Assembly: GCF_001462395.1 (NCBI RefSeq)
Contig: NZ_LNTB01000001.1
Location: forward strand, 270,001-302,000
Source: Pyrodictium occultum
GTDB lineage: Archaea > Thermoproteota > Thermoprotei_A > Sulfolobales > Pyrodictiaceae
Reading direction: 5' to 3'
Length of the DNA: 32,000 bases
Shown: positions 1 to 8,372 of the stretch, piece after piece
How positions within the stretch are numbered: the stretch's first letter is position 1
How the letters are laid out: each line of letters opens with the position of its first letter
The notes under the pieces: generated by a model
Told to the model about the DNA's origin: nothing
Database searches by the model: none
The model's input: the letters and a program-made list of their open reading frames with translations, nothing else
Program-made: the position numbers and the translations under genes

Positions 1-1115
1 CCCTCCTAGCCGCCCGGGCCCTCCAGGGGGTGGGGATGGCGATATTCCCCCTAGGCTTCACCATGGTCCGCGAGGAGTTCCCGCCCCGAATGGTGCCCCA
101 GGTCCAGGGGCTGATAAGCTCGATGTTCGGTGTGGGCGTGGCCATAGCCCTCCCCCTCGGCGGCTACGTAGACCAGCGCCTGGGCTGGCAGTGGACCTAC
201 CGCACCGCGGCGGTGCCCGCCGCGGCGTTCCTAGCCCTCTCGGCCAGGATGCTCCGGGAGAGCAGGTACCGCAGCCCCGGCCGCCTGGACGTGGTGGGCG
301 CCGTCCTGCTAGCGGTGGCTGCTGCAGCCAGCCTGACGGCAGTGACCATGGCGCCCTACTCCGGCTGGGCCTCCCCCCACACGCTAGGCCTCTTCGCCGC
401 CTCGGCAGCGGTGCTTGCGGCGCTGATCCTCCACGAGCGCCGCGCCGAGCACCCCCTCGTGCCGCTGGAGCTGTTCCGGGAGGCAAACGTGGTAGCCGTC
501 TACATGGGCGTCTTCCTCGTAGGCTTCACAGCCCAGATGAGGAGCCAGGCGCTCTCCTACCTGCTCCAGATGCCCCCGCCCTACGGCTACGGCAGGACGA
601 CCTTCGAGGCAGGGAGCCTCATGGCCCCGGTGGCCCTTGCAAGCATAGTGACGAGCCCCCTCGCGGGCCGCGCCATAGTGGCGGCGGGGGCCAAGCCCGT
701 GGCGGGCCTCGGGGCCCTCATCTCCATGGTGAGCCTCGCAGCCCTCGCCTACAACCCCACGGGCGCGGGCCTCTGGTGGATAGTGGGCTTCACCACCCTG
801 ACGGGAGTGGGAATGAGCCTGTTGAACGTCTCCCTGATAAACATCCTGGTATTCACGGTGGACAGGGGGGCGATGGGCGTGGCCACCGGGCTCAACACGC
901 TCTTCCGCAGCCTAGGCTCGGCGTGGGGCCCCGCGGTGGCGGGCAGCGTGATGAGCCTCTACTCGGCCAGGATACTGCTCCACGGCTCGGAGGTCGAGGT
1001 GCCCCTGCCCCAGGCCTACACGGTGCTCTTCCTAGCCGCCGCGGCCCTCTACGCGGCCCTAGCGGCGGCCAGCCTACGGGTCCGCGAGGTGGTGAGGGTG
1101 AGGGTGCAGGGCTAA
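1..1115 (+). CDS. MFS transporter, DHA2/EmrB-like, 5'-truncated by the window edge
   Basis: The frame is open back to position 3 (..LLAARALQGVGMAIFPLGF..), so the N-terminus lies upstream of the window. The RALQG-x-G motif is typical of TM4 in DHA2-type MFS pumps. About 10 hydrophobic helices follow. Third codon positions are G/C-rich. TAA stop at 1113-1115. Confidence 0.8.
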   Translation, partial: LLAARALQGVGMAIFPLGFTMVREEFPPRMVPQVQGLISSMFGVGVAIALPLGGYVDQRLGWQWTYRTAAVPAAAFLALSARMLRESRYRSPGRLDVVGAVLLAVAAAASLTAVTMAPYSGWASPHTLGLFAASAAVLAALILHERRAEHPLVPLELFREANVVAVYMGVFLVGFTAQMRSQALSYLLQMPPPYGYGRTTFEAGSLMAPVALASIVTSPLAGRAIVAAGAKPVAGLGALISMVSLAALAYNPTGAGLWWIVGFTTLTGVGMSLLNVSLINILVFTVDRGAMGVATGLNTLFRSLGSAWGPAVAGSVMSLYSARILLHGSEVEVPLPQAYTVLFLAAAALYAALAAASLRVREVVRVRVQG

Positions 1116-1690
1116 CCGCCCGGAGGCTCCCGCGGCGCCTCGGCCAGGAGGCGCTCGAGGAGCCCCCGGGCGGCCTTCAGGAACTCCTCCACCGGGCCCT
1201 CGTTCACAAGCATATAGTCGGCCAGTGCTATCACGCTCCCTAGGCTGAAGCTCAGCTCGGTCATATCGCGCTCCCGGAACTCCTCCCAGCTGCCGGGGTC
1301 GCCCGGCCTACCCCTCCTCCGGAGCCTCTCGAACCGGGTCCTCGGCGACGCGTGGACAGCCACCGTGATAACCCTGCCCAGCCTCTGGAAAACCTCCACC
1401 TCCACCAGGCTCCGGACGCCATCGACCACCACGACGGGCGAGGAGCCCCGCTCCAGCCTCCCCGCAACCCTCAGCGCCACGGCAGCGGGCCCCTCCTCCT
1501 TGCGGAGGAGGCGGGCAACCATGTTCAGGTTGGAGGGGGTTGGCTCCAGCCCCCGGCGCCGGGCCTCCTCCCGGACCACATCCCCCATCACGTAGACCGG
1601 GAGCCCCATCTCCCGGGCGACGCTGGAGAAGAGACTCTTACCGCTCCCCGGCATCCCCGCGACGAGGATGATCAGCCGCCCGGCGGCCAC
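1112..1690 (-). CDS. Small P-loop nucleotide kinase (archaeal UPF0200 / dephospho-CoA-kinase-like family)
   Basis: GTG start followed by Walker A GMPGSGKS at residues 12-19. About 190 aa. VVVDGVRS and RF.RL..RGR..D segments match the small archaeal adenylate/dephospho-CoA-kinase-like proteins. Substrate cannot be inferred. Confidence 0.7.
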   Translation of the reverse strand: MAAGRLIILVAGMPGSGKSLFSSVAREMGLPVYVMGDVVREEARRRGLEPTPSNLNMVARLLRKEEGPAAVALRVAGRLERGSSPVVVVDGVRSLVEVEVFQRLGRVITVAVHASPRTRFERLRRRGRPGDPGSWEEFRERDMTELSFSLGSVIALADYMLVNEGPVEEFLKAARGLLERLLAEAPREPPGG

Positions 1691-1843
1691 ACCAGCCCCC
1701 TGGGTAAGGGGTGCCGGGGCCCTAGGAGCTAGAGGCTAAAGAAGGCTAGGCAGCCCCCGGGAGCCGGGTCAGGAGGCGGGAGGGCGTTAGGATGGGCTGG
1801 AACGAGTAGAGGTACGTGCAGGAGAGGGAGCCCCTGGGGCCGT

Positions 1844-1848
1844 AAAAA
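1844..1848 (-). terminator. Oligo-T (T5) tract about 42 nt downstream of the peroxiredoxin stop
   Basis: A5 on the + strand is T5 on the - strand (..GTGATTTTTACGG..). Archaeal termination commonly uses oligo-T tracts. Position only; no experimental support. Confidence 0.3.
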
Positions 1849-1889
1849 TCACGGTAGGAGGTATGGGGTGCCTGTAGGCCCCGCCGAGG

Positions 1890-2588
1890 CTAGCAGTTGG
1901 CGACGCGCTTGAGGAACTTCCTGGCCTGCTCCTTCTCCTCGGCGCTGGCCTTGTCCTCGTAGCAGAACCACCAGTCGAAGCACTTGAACTTCTGCACCCT
2001 CTCCTTCGCCTCCTGCTCGGTGGATGCAGGCGGCACTATCAGGTTGTCGCCTATGAGCTCGTTGTTCGGCCAGTTGGCTGGCAGGGCGCGGCCGTACTTG
2101 CTGTTCAGCTGGAGCGCCAGCACCAGCCTCAGTATCTCGTCGATGTTCCTGCCGACGTCCAGTGGGTAGTAGAGTATGGCCCTTATGACGCCCTTGTCGT
2201 CCACTATGAAGACGGCGCGGACGGTGACTACGCCGCTCTCAGCGTGTATCATGCCGAGCTTCTTGGCTACCTCGCCCATGGGGTCGGCGATTATCGGGAA
2301 GGGTATCTCGACGCCCAGCTTCTCCTTGATCCACTCCTTCCACTTTATGTGGCTGAATGTGTTGTCGACGCTGAGGCCTATCAGCTCAGTGTTTATCTTC
2401 TTGAAATCCTCGTACCTCTTGGCGAAGGCTACGAACTCGGTAGTGCACACCGGCGTGAAGTCGGCCGGGTGGCTGAAGAGGACGAACCACTTGCCCTTGA
2501 AGTAATCGGGCAGCTTTATCCTGCCGCGGTCGGTGTTGACCTCCATCTCGGGGAAGCGCTCGCCGATTAGAGGTATGGTTCCGGGCAT
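1890..2588 (-). CDS. Peroxiredoxin (archaeal Prx6-type thioredoxin peroxidase)
   Basis: Start moved to ATG 2588 ([17 protein letters not shown]..), with a GAGGTG Shine-Dalgarno-like box (2597-2602) 8 nt upstream. Peroxidatic motif FTPVCTTE. C-terminal CFDWWFC cysteine pair as I recall for Aeropyrum pernix ApTPx. Confidence 0.95.
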   Translation of the reverse strand: MPGTIPLIGERFPEMEVNTDRGRIKLPDYFKGKWFVLFSHPADFTPVCTTEFVAFAKRYEDFKKINTELIGLSVDNTFSHIKWKEWIKEKLGVEIPFPIIADPMGEVAKKLGMIHAESGVVTVRAVFIVDDKGVIRAILYYPLDVGRNIDEILRLVLALQLNSKYGRALPANWPNNELIGDNLIVPPASTEQEAKERVQKFKCFDWWFCYEDKASAEEKEQARKFLKRVANC

Positions 2589-2651
2589 GCTTCTCGCACC
2601 TCTCTTCCCGCTCTTCTCTCCAGGCTGATTCCTCTTAGAAACCATTTCGAG

Positions 2652-2679
2652 TATAAATGCCTACCGGCGCTGAGGCATT
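2652..2679 (-). promoter_or_regulatory. Peroxiredoxin promoter: TATA box plus abutting 7-bp inverted repeat
   Basis: TTTATA on the - strand (2652-2657), about 65-70 nt upstream of ATG 2588. Perfect inverted repeat AATGCCT-N10-AGGCATT (2656-2662 / 2673-2679) overlaps the upstream (BRE) side of the TATA box. Confidence 0.4.
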
Positions 2680-2749
2680 ACGGCATATCTTCTTAAACCG
2701 GCTCCCCATCGCCCCTATAGACTTGTGTTGATTCAGCTGACGGCAGCTG

Positions 2750-4129
2750 CTAGGGCGGCTGCAGCGGCACAAGCGCTATGAAGACATCGTTCACATTGGT
2801 GCCGGTGAAGCCGCCCGTGTCTATCACTCCCCCGGACTGGCTGAAGAAGCCGTAGCTGTCGTTCCCCTCCAGCGCCCTCCAGGGGTCCAGGCCCATGGAG
2901 AGGGCCCGGGGCAGCGTCTCCTCGTCCACCAGCGCGCCCGCGGCGGGGCTGTTGCCATCCACCCCGTCGGTGCCCATGCAGGCGGCCGCGTAGCGGGCTA
3001 CGCTCCTCCCCCGGTGCAGCTCCATGGCAAGGGAGAGGCACAGCTCCTGGTTCCTGCCTCCAGTCCCGCCGCCCCTCACTGTGACCGTTGTCTCGCCGCC
3101 GGCTAGCAGCGCGGCCGGGGGCGCGGCCGGCGAGGGGCCCCCGGCGGCCGTGGACTCGACCACCCCGGCCAGGGGCTTAGCCGCCTCCCTGGCCTCGCCC
3201 CTCAGCCTATCGGTGAGGATCACCGTGTTGTAGCCCCTAGCCCTCAGCAGCCCGGCCGCCGCCCGGAGGGCGTCGCGGTTGGAGGCCACGAGGAGGCTCG
3301 TTGCCTTCTCGAACAGCGGGTCACCGGGCTTAGGCGTCTCCGGGGCCAGGCCGCGCAGCCCGGCCTCTATCCAGCTCCTCACCGCCTCCGGCGCCTCCTC
3401 CCACACACCGTAGCGGCGGAGTACCCTGTAGGCGTCGCTGAAGCTGGTCTCGTCGGGCACCGTGGGCCCCGAGGCCACCGTGTCAAGCCTGTCCCCGACC
3501 ACGTCGCTGACTATGAGCGAGACCACCCTGCCGGCCCTGGTATAGCGTAGCAGCTGCCCGCCCTTCACCGCGGAGAGGTGCTTCCTCACCGCGTTCAGCT
3601 CGTAGATGTCGGCGCCGCGGCGGAGGAGCCTCTCCACAACCACGGCCTCGTCCTCGAGGCTCACCCCGTCGGCGGGGACCTCGAAGAGGGAGCTGCCCCC
3701 GCCCGAGACCAGCACCAGGAGGAGCGCGTCCCCGGGCACCGAGGCGAGGAACTCGAGGAGCCTCCTGCTGGAGCGCAGCGTAGCCTCGCCGGGCACGGGG
3801 TGGTCGCCCTCGAGCACCTCCACCGGGCCAACCCGGCCCCCGTGGCCCCGCGGCGCCACCACCACCCCTGCCTCCACGAGCCCGTCCAGCGCCTCAACCA
3901 CGCCCTCGGCCATGCCCCTGGCCGCCTTCCCGAAGCCGGCTAGGTAGACGCCAGCCCGGGGGCAGAGCCTCCCCGCCCCCTGGATCTCGACGCAGCCGCC
4001 GCTGCGGCGGAGCCGCCGGCGCATCAGCCTCCGGGGCTCCACGGCGTCGAGGGCCGCCTCGAGGGCGTCCAGGAGGTCGCGGTGGAGGCCGCTCCTCTCC
4101 AGCTCTCCACGGTTGCGGATGAACCCCAA
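2750..4129 (-). CDS. Glycerate 2-kinase (DUF4147 + MOFRL family, TtuD-like)
   Basis: 459 aa. Motifs LVLVSGGGSSLFE, GGETTVTVRGGGTGGRNQE and GTDGVDG are characteristic of the MOFRL glycerate kinase family. The only start at the ORF head is TTG 4129, so the start is uncertain. Confidence 0.85.
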   Translation of the reverse strand: MGFIRNRGELERSGLHRDLLDALEAALDAVEPRRLMRRRLRRSGGCVEIQGAGRLCPRAGVYLAGFGKAARGMAEGVVEALDGLVEAGVVVAPRGHGGRVGPVEVLEGDHPVPGEATLRSSRRLLEFLASVPGDALLLVLVSGGGSSLFEVPADGVSLEDEAVVVERLLRRGADIYELNAVRKHLSAVKGGQLLRYTRAGRVVSLIVSDVVGDRLDTVASGPTVPDETSFSDAYRVLRRYGVWEEAPEAVRSWIEAGLRGLAPETPKPGDPLFEKATSLLVASNRDALRAAAGLLRARGYNTVILTDRLRGEAREAAKPLAGVVESTAAGGPSPAAPPAALLAGGETTVTVRGGGTGGRNQELCLSLAMELHRGRSVARYAAACMGTDGVDGNSPAAGALVDEETLPRALSMGLDPWRALEGNDSYGFFSQSGGVIDTGGFTGTNVNDVFIALVPLQPP

Positions 4130-4154
4130 TGCCCGAGCCCCCCGGGCTAGGCTC

Positions 4155-5060
4155 CTAGCCCCCAGCTCTTACCCCTCCCGTGGCGAGCAACGAGGAGGCC
4201 AGCACCATGGCGGCGCCCAGGGCCTGGAGCGGGGAGAGCCTCTCGCCCAGGAGGAGCCAGGCTAGCACAACAGCAGTGACCGGCTCTACAAGGCTGACCA
4301 CGGCCACCCGGTGGGCCTCGAGCCTGCGCAGGGCGCGGCTGCTGAGCGTGTAGGGGACTAGCGTGCCGGCGCAGGCCAGGTAGGAGGCGTAGGCCAGGTC
4401 TACGAGGCCCGGCGGCCCCCGGGGCCTCGCCACCGCCGTGACGCCGAGTGCTGCGAAGGGGAGGCTGTGGACGGCCACCCCGGCAACCCCGGCTCCCCGC
4501 AGCTGGGCGTAGCGGGAGAGGAGGATGTAGGCGGCGTAGCTGACCCCGGAGGCGAGGCCCAGCAGCACCCCGGCGGCGTCGAAGCTGCCTCCCCCGGGCC
4601 CCACGGCCAGGACGGCGCCGGCCAGCCCCAGGGCCATGGAGGCGAGCCCCTGGCCCCCAGGGGGTTCCCCGAGCAGGGGCCCCGAGGCGAGCGCCACCCA
4701 GGCGGGAGCCGTGTAGAGTAGTATGCTGGCCAGCGCGGCGCCTATCCTGGAGACGGCGAGGAAGTAGGTGGCGTAGAGCGGCGCGAGCCCGAGGAGCCCC
4801 ACCGCTATACTCCACTTCCCCGGCCTCCCGGCCCCCAGCAGCGCGGCCACCGGGCTGGCGAGCGCCGCCAGCAGGGGCCTGCCGAGGATGAGCCAGGCCC
4901 CGTCGGCGCCTGCCTGGACGCCTAGCCTGTAGGCCACGCCTATGCTGCCCCATAGGACGGCCGCCGCGGCCGCTTCGGCCACGCTCCTCCAGTAGCCCCT
5001 CCCCCTCAAGGCCCGCTGCCCTCTGCGCCTCCCCTGGGGGCGGCGGGATGACGGTAGCAC
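4155..5060 (-). CDS. DMT-superfamily (EamA-type) membrane transporter
   Basis: About 10 TM helices in two EamA-like halves. C-terminal VVSLVEPVTAVVLAWLLLGERLSPLQALGAAMVL is typical. The ORF-track start (GTG 5060) overlaps the divergent neighbour. GTG 4982 (VAEAAAAAVLWGSIG..) is a more likely start. Confidence 0.75.
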   Translation of the reverse strand: MLPSSRRPQGRRRGQRALRGRGYWRSVAEAAAAAVLWGSIGVAYRLGVQAGADGAWLILGRPLLAALASPVAALLGAGRPGKWSIAVGLLGLAPLYATYFLAVSRIGAALASILLYTAPAWVALASGPLLGEPPGGQGLASMALGLAGAVLAVGPGGGSFDAAGVLLGLASGVSYAAYILLSRYAQLRGAGVAGVAVHSLPFAALGVTAVARPRGPPGLVDLAYASYLACAGTLVPYTLSSRALRRLEAHRVAVVSLVEPVTAVVLAWLLLGERLSPLQALGAAMVLASSLLATGGVRAGG

Positions 5061-6229
5061 TCTTTTGGCTTGGCAGCGGCCTCTGCCGCTCCGCCAGGGG
5101 TGCCCCCCGGGTGGCCAGGATAGTCGTGGTCGGCAGCGGCTTCGCCGGCGTCGAGGCGGTGAGGAGGCTGACTGGACTCGGGCTCTGCGAAAGGGGGGAG
5201 TGCGTCTGGGTCACCTCCAGGCCCAGCATGGTCTTCCTGCCCCTGGTGCCCGCGCTGGTGAGCCGCCGCTACCGGCCCGAGGACGTGGAGTGGAGCGTCG
5301 AGGCCTACGCGGGTAGGCTCGGCGTGTCGCTGGTGGCCAAGCGGGCCACGGCTGTCGAGGAGGGGAGGATCCGCCTCGAGGACGGCGAGACCATCGACTT
5401 CGACTACGCGGTGATAGCTGCTGGCGCCCGGCCCGCTTTCTACGGGGTCCCCGGGGCCGAGGAGCTCAGCCTCACCGTCTACGGGGCCGAGGAGGCCTGG
5501 AGGCTCGGCGGCATGATAGAGGAGGGGAGAATCCAGAGCATGGTAGTGGTGGGCGCCGGGTTCGTCGGGGTCGAGGTGGCGGCGGAGGCGCTCTGGCTCG
5601 CCAGGAGGCTGGGGAGGGAGCTGCGCGTGACCCTTGTGGATATGCTGCAGGAGCCCCTCCAGCTGCTGGGCAATGAGAAGGCCTCCAGGCTGGCCAGGAG
5701 GCTGCTGGAGGAGATGGGCGCCGGGTTCAGGATGGGGCAGCCTGTGACCAGGGTGTACGAGGGCGGCGTCGAGCTGAAGGACGGGAGCAGGGTGGAGGGC
5801 GACGTCGTTATCTGGTCCGCAGGGCTCAGGGGCCCCGGGATAGAGGCGCCCAGGGAGGCCCTGGCGAGGGGAGGGTTCCTCCGGGTGGACGAGTACCTCC
5901 GCGTCCCCGGCCTAGGCGGCCGCGTCTACGCCGCAGGCGACGCCACAGAGTTCAGGAGGGGCCAGTGCGTGGCCCTCAAGATGGCCAGGGAGGCTCTGAG
6001 GAGCGCGGCGAGGGCGGTGAATAATATAGCCGCGAGGATGCAGGGGGCCGGGGAGAAGCCCTACCATCCGCTCATAACCAGCTACAGGCCCCTCGCCGGG
6101 ATAACGCTGGGCCCCGAGGAGGGCATACTGGTGCTGGGCAAGAGGCTGGCGCTCCGCAGCAACCTGGCGCACTGGTACCACGAGAGGGTGAGGCGCCTCT
6201 ACCAGGAGCTCCTCGCCGGCAAGCCCTAG
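5048..6229 (+). CDS. FAD/NAD(P)-dependent pyridine-nucleotide-disulfide-family oxidoreductase (NDH-2 / SQR-like)
   Basis: N-terminal Rossmann motif RIVVVGSGFAGVE, second dinucleotide site MVVVGAGFVGVEVA, and VYAAGDA FAD motif. GTG 5111 (VARIVVVGSG) is a more probable start than ATG 5048. NDH-2 cannot be told from SQR by eye. Confidence 0.8.
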   Translation: MTVALFWLGSGLCRSARGAPRVARIVVVGSGFAGVEAVRRLTGLGLCERGECVWVTSRPSMVFLPLVPALVSRRYRPEDVEWSVEAYAGRLGVSLVAKRATAVEEGRIRLEDGETIDFDYAVIAAGARPAFYGVPGAEELSLTVYGAEEAWRLGGMIEEGRIQSMVVVGAGFVGVEVAAEALWLARRLGRELRVTLVDMLQEPLQLLGNEKASRLARRLLEEMGAGFRMGQPVTRVYEGGVELKDGSRVEGDVVIWSAGLRGPGIEAPREALARGGFLRVDEYLRVPGLGGRVYAAGDATEFRRGQCVALKMAREALRSAARAVNNIAARMQGAGEKPYHPLITSYRPLAGITLGPEEGILVLGKRLALRSNLAHWYHERVRRLYQELLAGKP

Positions 6230-7323
6230 CCGCCGGTGTACCGGTAGAGTATCAGACCCGTGAGCCTACGGCCGCCGGGGGCGGCGGGACGGTAGACCAT
6301 CTCCACGCGGCCGCCGAGAAGCCCCGCCACCGCCCTCGCCGCCTCGGCCGCCGCCCCGGCGTCGAAGGCGTCGGCGGTGTAGACCGCTACCTGGGCGGGG
6401 TCCCTAGGCTCAAGGCTAGTCTCCATCCTCAGCAGCCACCTCTCCCCCCGCCCAGCGGCCTCGGCCAGCCCCTCCACGAGCCCCGGCCTGCGGCTGCGGG
6501 GCACCACTAGCACCCAGGCGCCCTCAAGCAGCTCCAGCGCCTTGTGGACCGGCAGGCTGCAGGCCCTGAGGCGGAGGCTGGCCGCGTGCACAGCGAGGCT
6601 CCGGGCCTCTGGGGCCAGGCCGCGGGCCCGCGCCTCCTCGGCGACGCGGCCCGGGTCGAGGCCGCCGCTGCAGAGCCTCTCCAGCGTCTCCGCGGCCCTG
6701 GTCCTCTGCTCCTCGACGCTAGCGCTCACCACTAGGAGCTGGCTCCTCTCCACCAGGTATGGGAGGTTGGTGAGCAGGTTGGCGAGCCTCTCGAGGGCCT
6801 CAGCCTCGCCGCGCTGGAGCCCGTGGCGCCGGAGCCCGGGCAGCTCGACCCGCCAGTGCTCGACGGCGAGACTCCTCCCCCACTCCTCCAGCACGCGCTC
6901 CACAACCCTCCTCGCATGCTCCACCGCGACCCCATTGACCACGGCCAGCCTCTCCACAGCCTTCTCGAGCCCGCCGCTCTGCCGGGCCTTCTCAACCCGG
7001 TAGGCCTTGAGGAAGTTGCCGCAGAGGGGCAGGAGGTCCTCGAGGATGGCCCTGCCCCCGCCGTCGAGGAGCCATATGCGCCAGTAGCCCGCCACCCTGA
7101 GCGCCGGGGCGCCGCAGTAGGCGCAGCCCCTGCCGAGCAGCCCGCCGAGCAGCTCCCGGAGCCTCTCCACGGCCCCCGCGGCCCCTGGGCCCGCCAGCCC
7201 CTCTGCCAGCGCCGGGTCGAGCCTGGCGAGGGTGGAGGGCTCCGCCCCCCAGAGCCTTGGGGGCAGGGGCCGCGGGCAGAGCCTGAGGCCGCGGCACGCG
7301 TCCTCGTAGAGAGGCTGCATCAC
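6226..7323 (-). CDS. Hypothetical protein (degenerate HNH-like Cys motif, helical middle, alpha/beta C-terminal domain)
   Basis: 365 aa. Codon usage (AGG, CTC, GAG; G/C third positions) matches neighbouring genes. CAYCG..(30 aa)..LLPLCGNFLKAY resembles the HNH layout C-x2-C..H..N..C-x2-C but lacks the catalytic His and the last Cys. I recognise no family. Confidence 0.6.
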   Translation of the reverse strand: MMQPLYEDACRGLRLCPRPLPPRLWGAEPSTLARLDPALAEGLAGPGAAGAVERLRELLGGLLGRGCAYCGAPALRVAGYWRIWLLDGGGRAILEDLLPLCGNFLKAYRVEKARQSGGLEKAVERLAVVNGVAVEHARRVVERVLEEWGRSLAVEHWRVELPGLRRHGLQRGEAEALERLANLLTNLPYLVERSQLLVVSASVEEQRTRAAETLERLCSGGLDPGRVAEEARARGLAPEARSLAVHAASLRLRACSLPVHKALELLEGAWVLVVPRSRRPGLVEGLAEAAGRGERWLLRMETSLEPRDPAQVAVYTADAFDAGAAAEAARAVAGLLGGRVEMVYRPAAPGGRRLTGLILYRYTGG

Positions 7324-7385
7324 AAGGCACCGTCACAAGACTAGGCCGGGTGACGCGGCGATAACGGCTCCCCTGGCTGGTACCC

Positions 7386-8285
7386 TCAGCCCTCCGGGTA
7401 GCGGAGGAATTCGAGGAACTCCCCCTCCTGGTCTATGAGGAGTGCACCGGCGCCGGCCCCGTGGTAGAGGCTCGAGAACACTGTCACCACCGAGCCCTCC
7501 AGCTCCCTCATCCCCATACGCTCCCCGTGGCCCACGCCTTTGAGCAGCCTCCCCTCCCGGGTCCACACAGCGTGAGCGTCCACAGCCTCGTGGGCCCGGA
7601 CAAGGAGGCTCAGCCCATTGGCGCGGAGGAAGCTGGTCCAGGCGAGCCGGCCGTAGTAGTAGACCCCGGGGCCCCGGATGCTCGGCGCGAACCACTCCAG
7701 GTCTCCCCTGGGGTCGTTCCAGAGCAGCTGGGCGGCGAGGCTGTCGCTCCACTCGTCCAGCTCGGGGCGGCAGTGGAGCCTCGAGAGACGCTCAGCCAGT
7801 TCCTCCAGGGACACGGGCTCCTCGGGGCCCCCGCTGCACTCGCGGCAGGGGACCCCGCCGTGGAGGAGGAGCACGCCCCGGGACCTGGCGGCGTAGGGGA
7901 GGCAGGAGTAGAGGCGGCGGAGGGGGGCCAGCCTGCCCGGGCCCAGCTTGGAGTAGTACTCTTCAAGGAATCCGTAGTACCTGTTCATCTCCAGCGACTC
8001 GTGGTTGCCGCGGAGCAGCAGCAGCCTCCCCGGCTCCGCCAGCATCCTCTCGAGGAGCAGCTCCAGGTTCTCCACGCTCCAGGGGCCGCGGTCCACGTAG
8101 TCCCCCAGGAAGACGACCGCCTCCGCCCCGTGCTTGTCCGCGAGCCGCAGCGCCCACTCAGAGACCTCGGGGTAGCCGTGGGTGTCGCCGACCACTAGTA
8201 TCCTCCCAGCCTCCACCTCCACCACGGGGCCACGGCTGGCCAGGAGCCCGGCTGCATCCTCCATTAGCTCCACTAGCCTCGCCAA
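7386..8285 (-). CDS. PPP-family Ser/Thr protein phosphatase (archaeal PP1-arch type metallophosphoesterase)
   Basis: Canonical PPP signature GDTHG-x22-GDYVDRG-x28-GNHE, then LLLHGG. About 300 aa, like the described archaeal PP1 enzymes. The ORF head is TTG 8285. ATG 8264 (MEDAAGLL..) is an alternative start. Confidence 0.85.
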   Translation of the reverse strand: MARLVELMEDAAGLLASRGPVVEVEAGRILVVGDTHGYPEVSEWALRLADKHGAEAVVFLGDYVDRGPWSVENLELLLERMLAEPGRLLLLRGNHESLEMNRYYGFLEEYYSKLGPGRLAPLRRLYSCLPYAARSRGVLLLHGGVPCRECSGGPEEPVSLEELAERLSRLHCRPELDEWSDSLAAQLLWNDPRGDLEWFAPSIRGPGVYYYGRLAWTSFLRANGLSLLVRAHEAVDAHAVWTREGRLLKGVGHGERMGMRELEGSVVTVFSSLYHGAGAGALLIDQEGEFLEFLRYPEG

Positions 8286-8372
8286 GCCTTGACCCGGCTG
8301 GCTGTGGGAGGGCTGGGCCGGGAATGGGTGTTACCCCGACGCCGGCCCGGGGCGGGAAACGGGGCATGCGGG

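Noticed and set aside
5048-5060. A real divergent head-to-head overlap of the DMT transporter and the oxidoreductase.
   Set aside because: Both have better internal starts (GTG 4982 and GTG 5111), placing the first TM helix or Rossmann strand at the N-terminus. The overlap would leave no promoter space.
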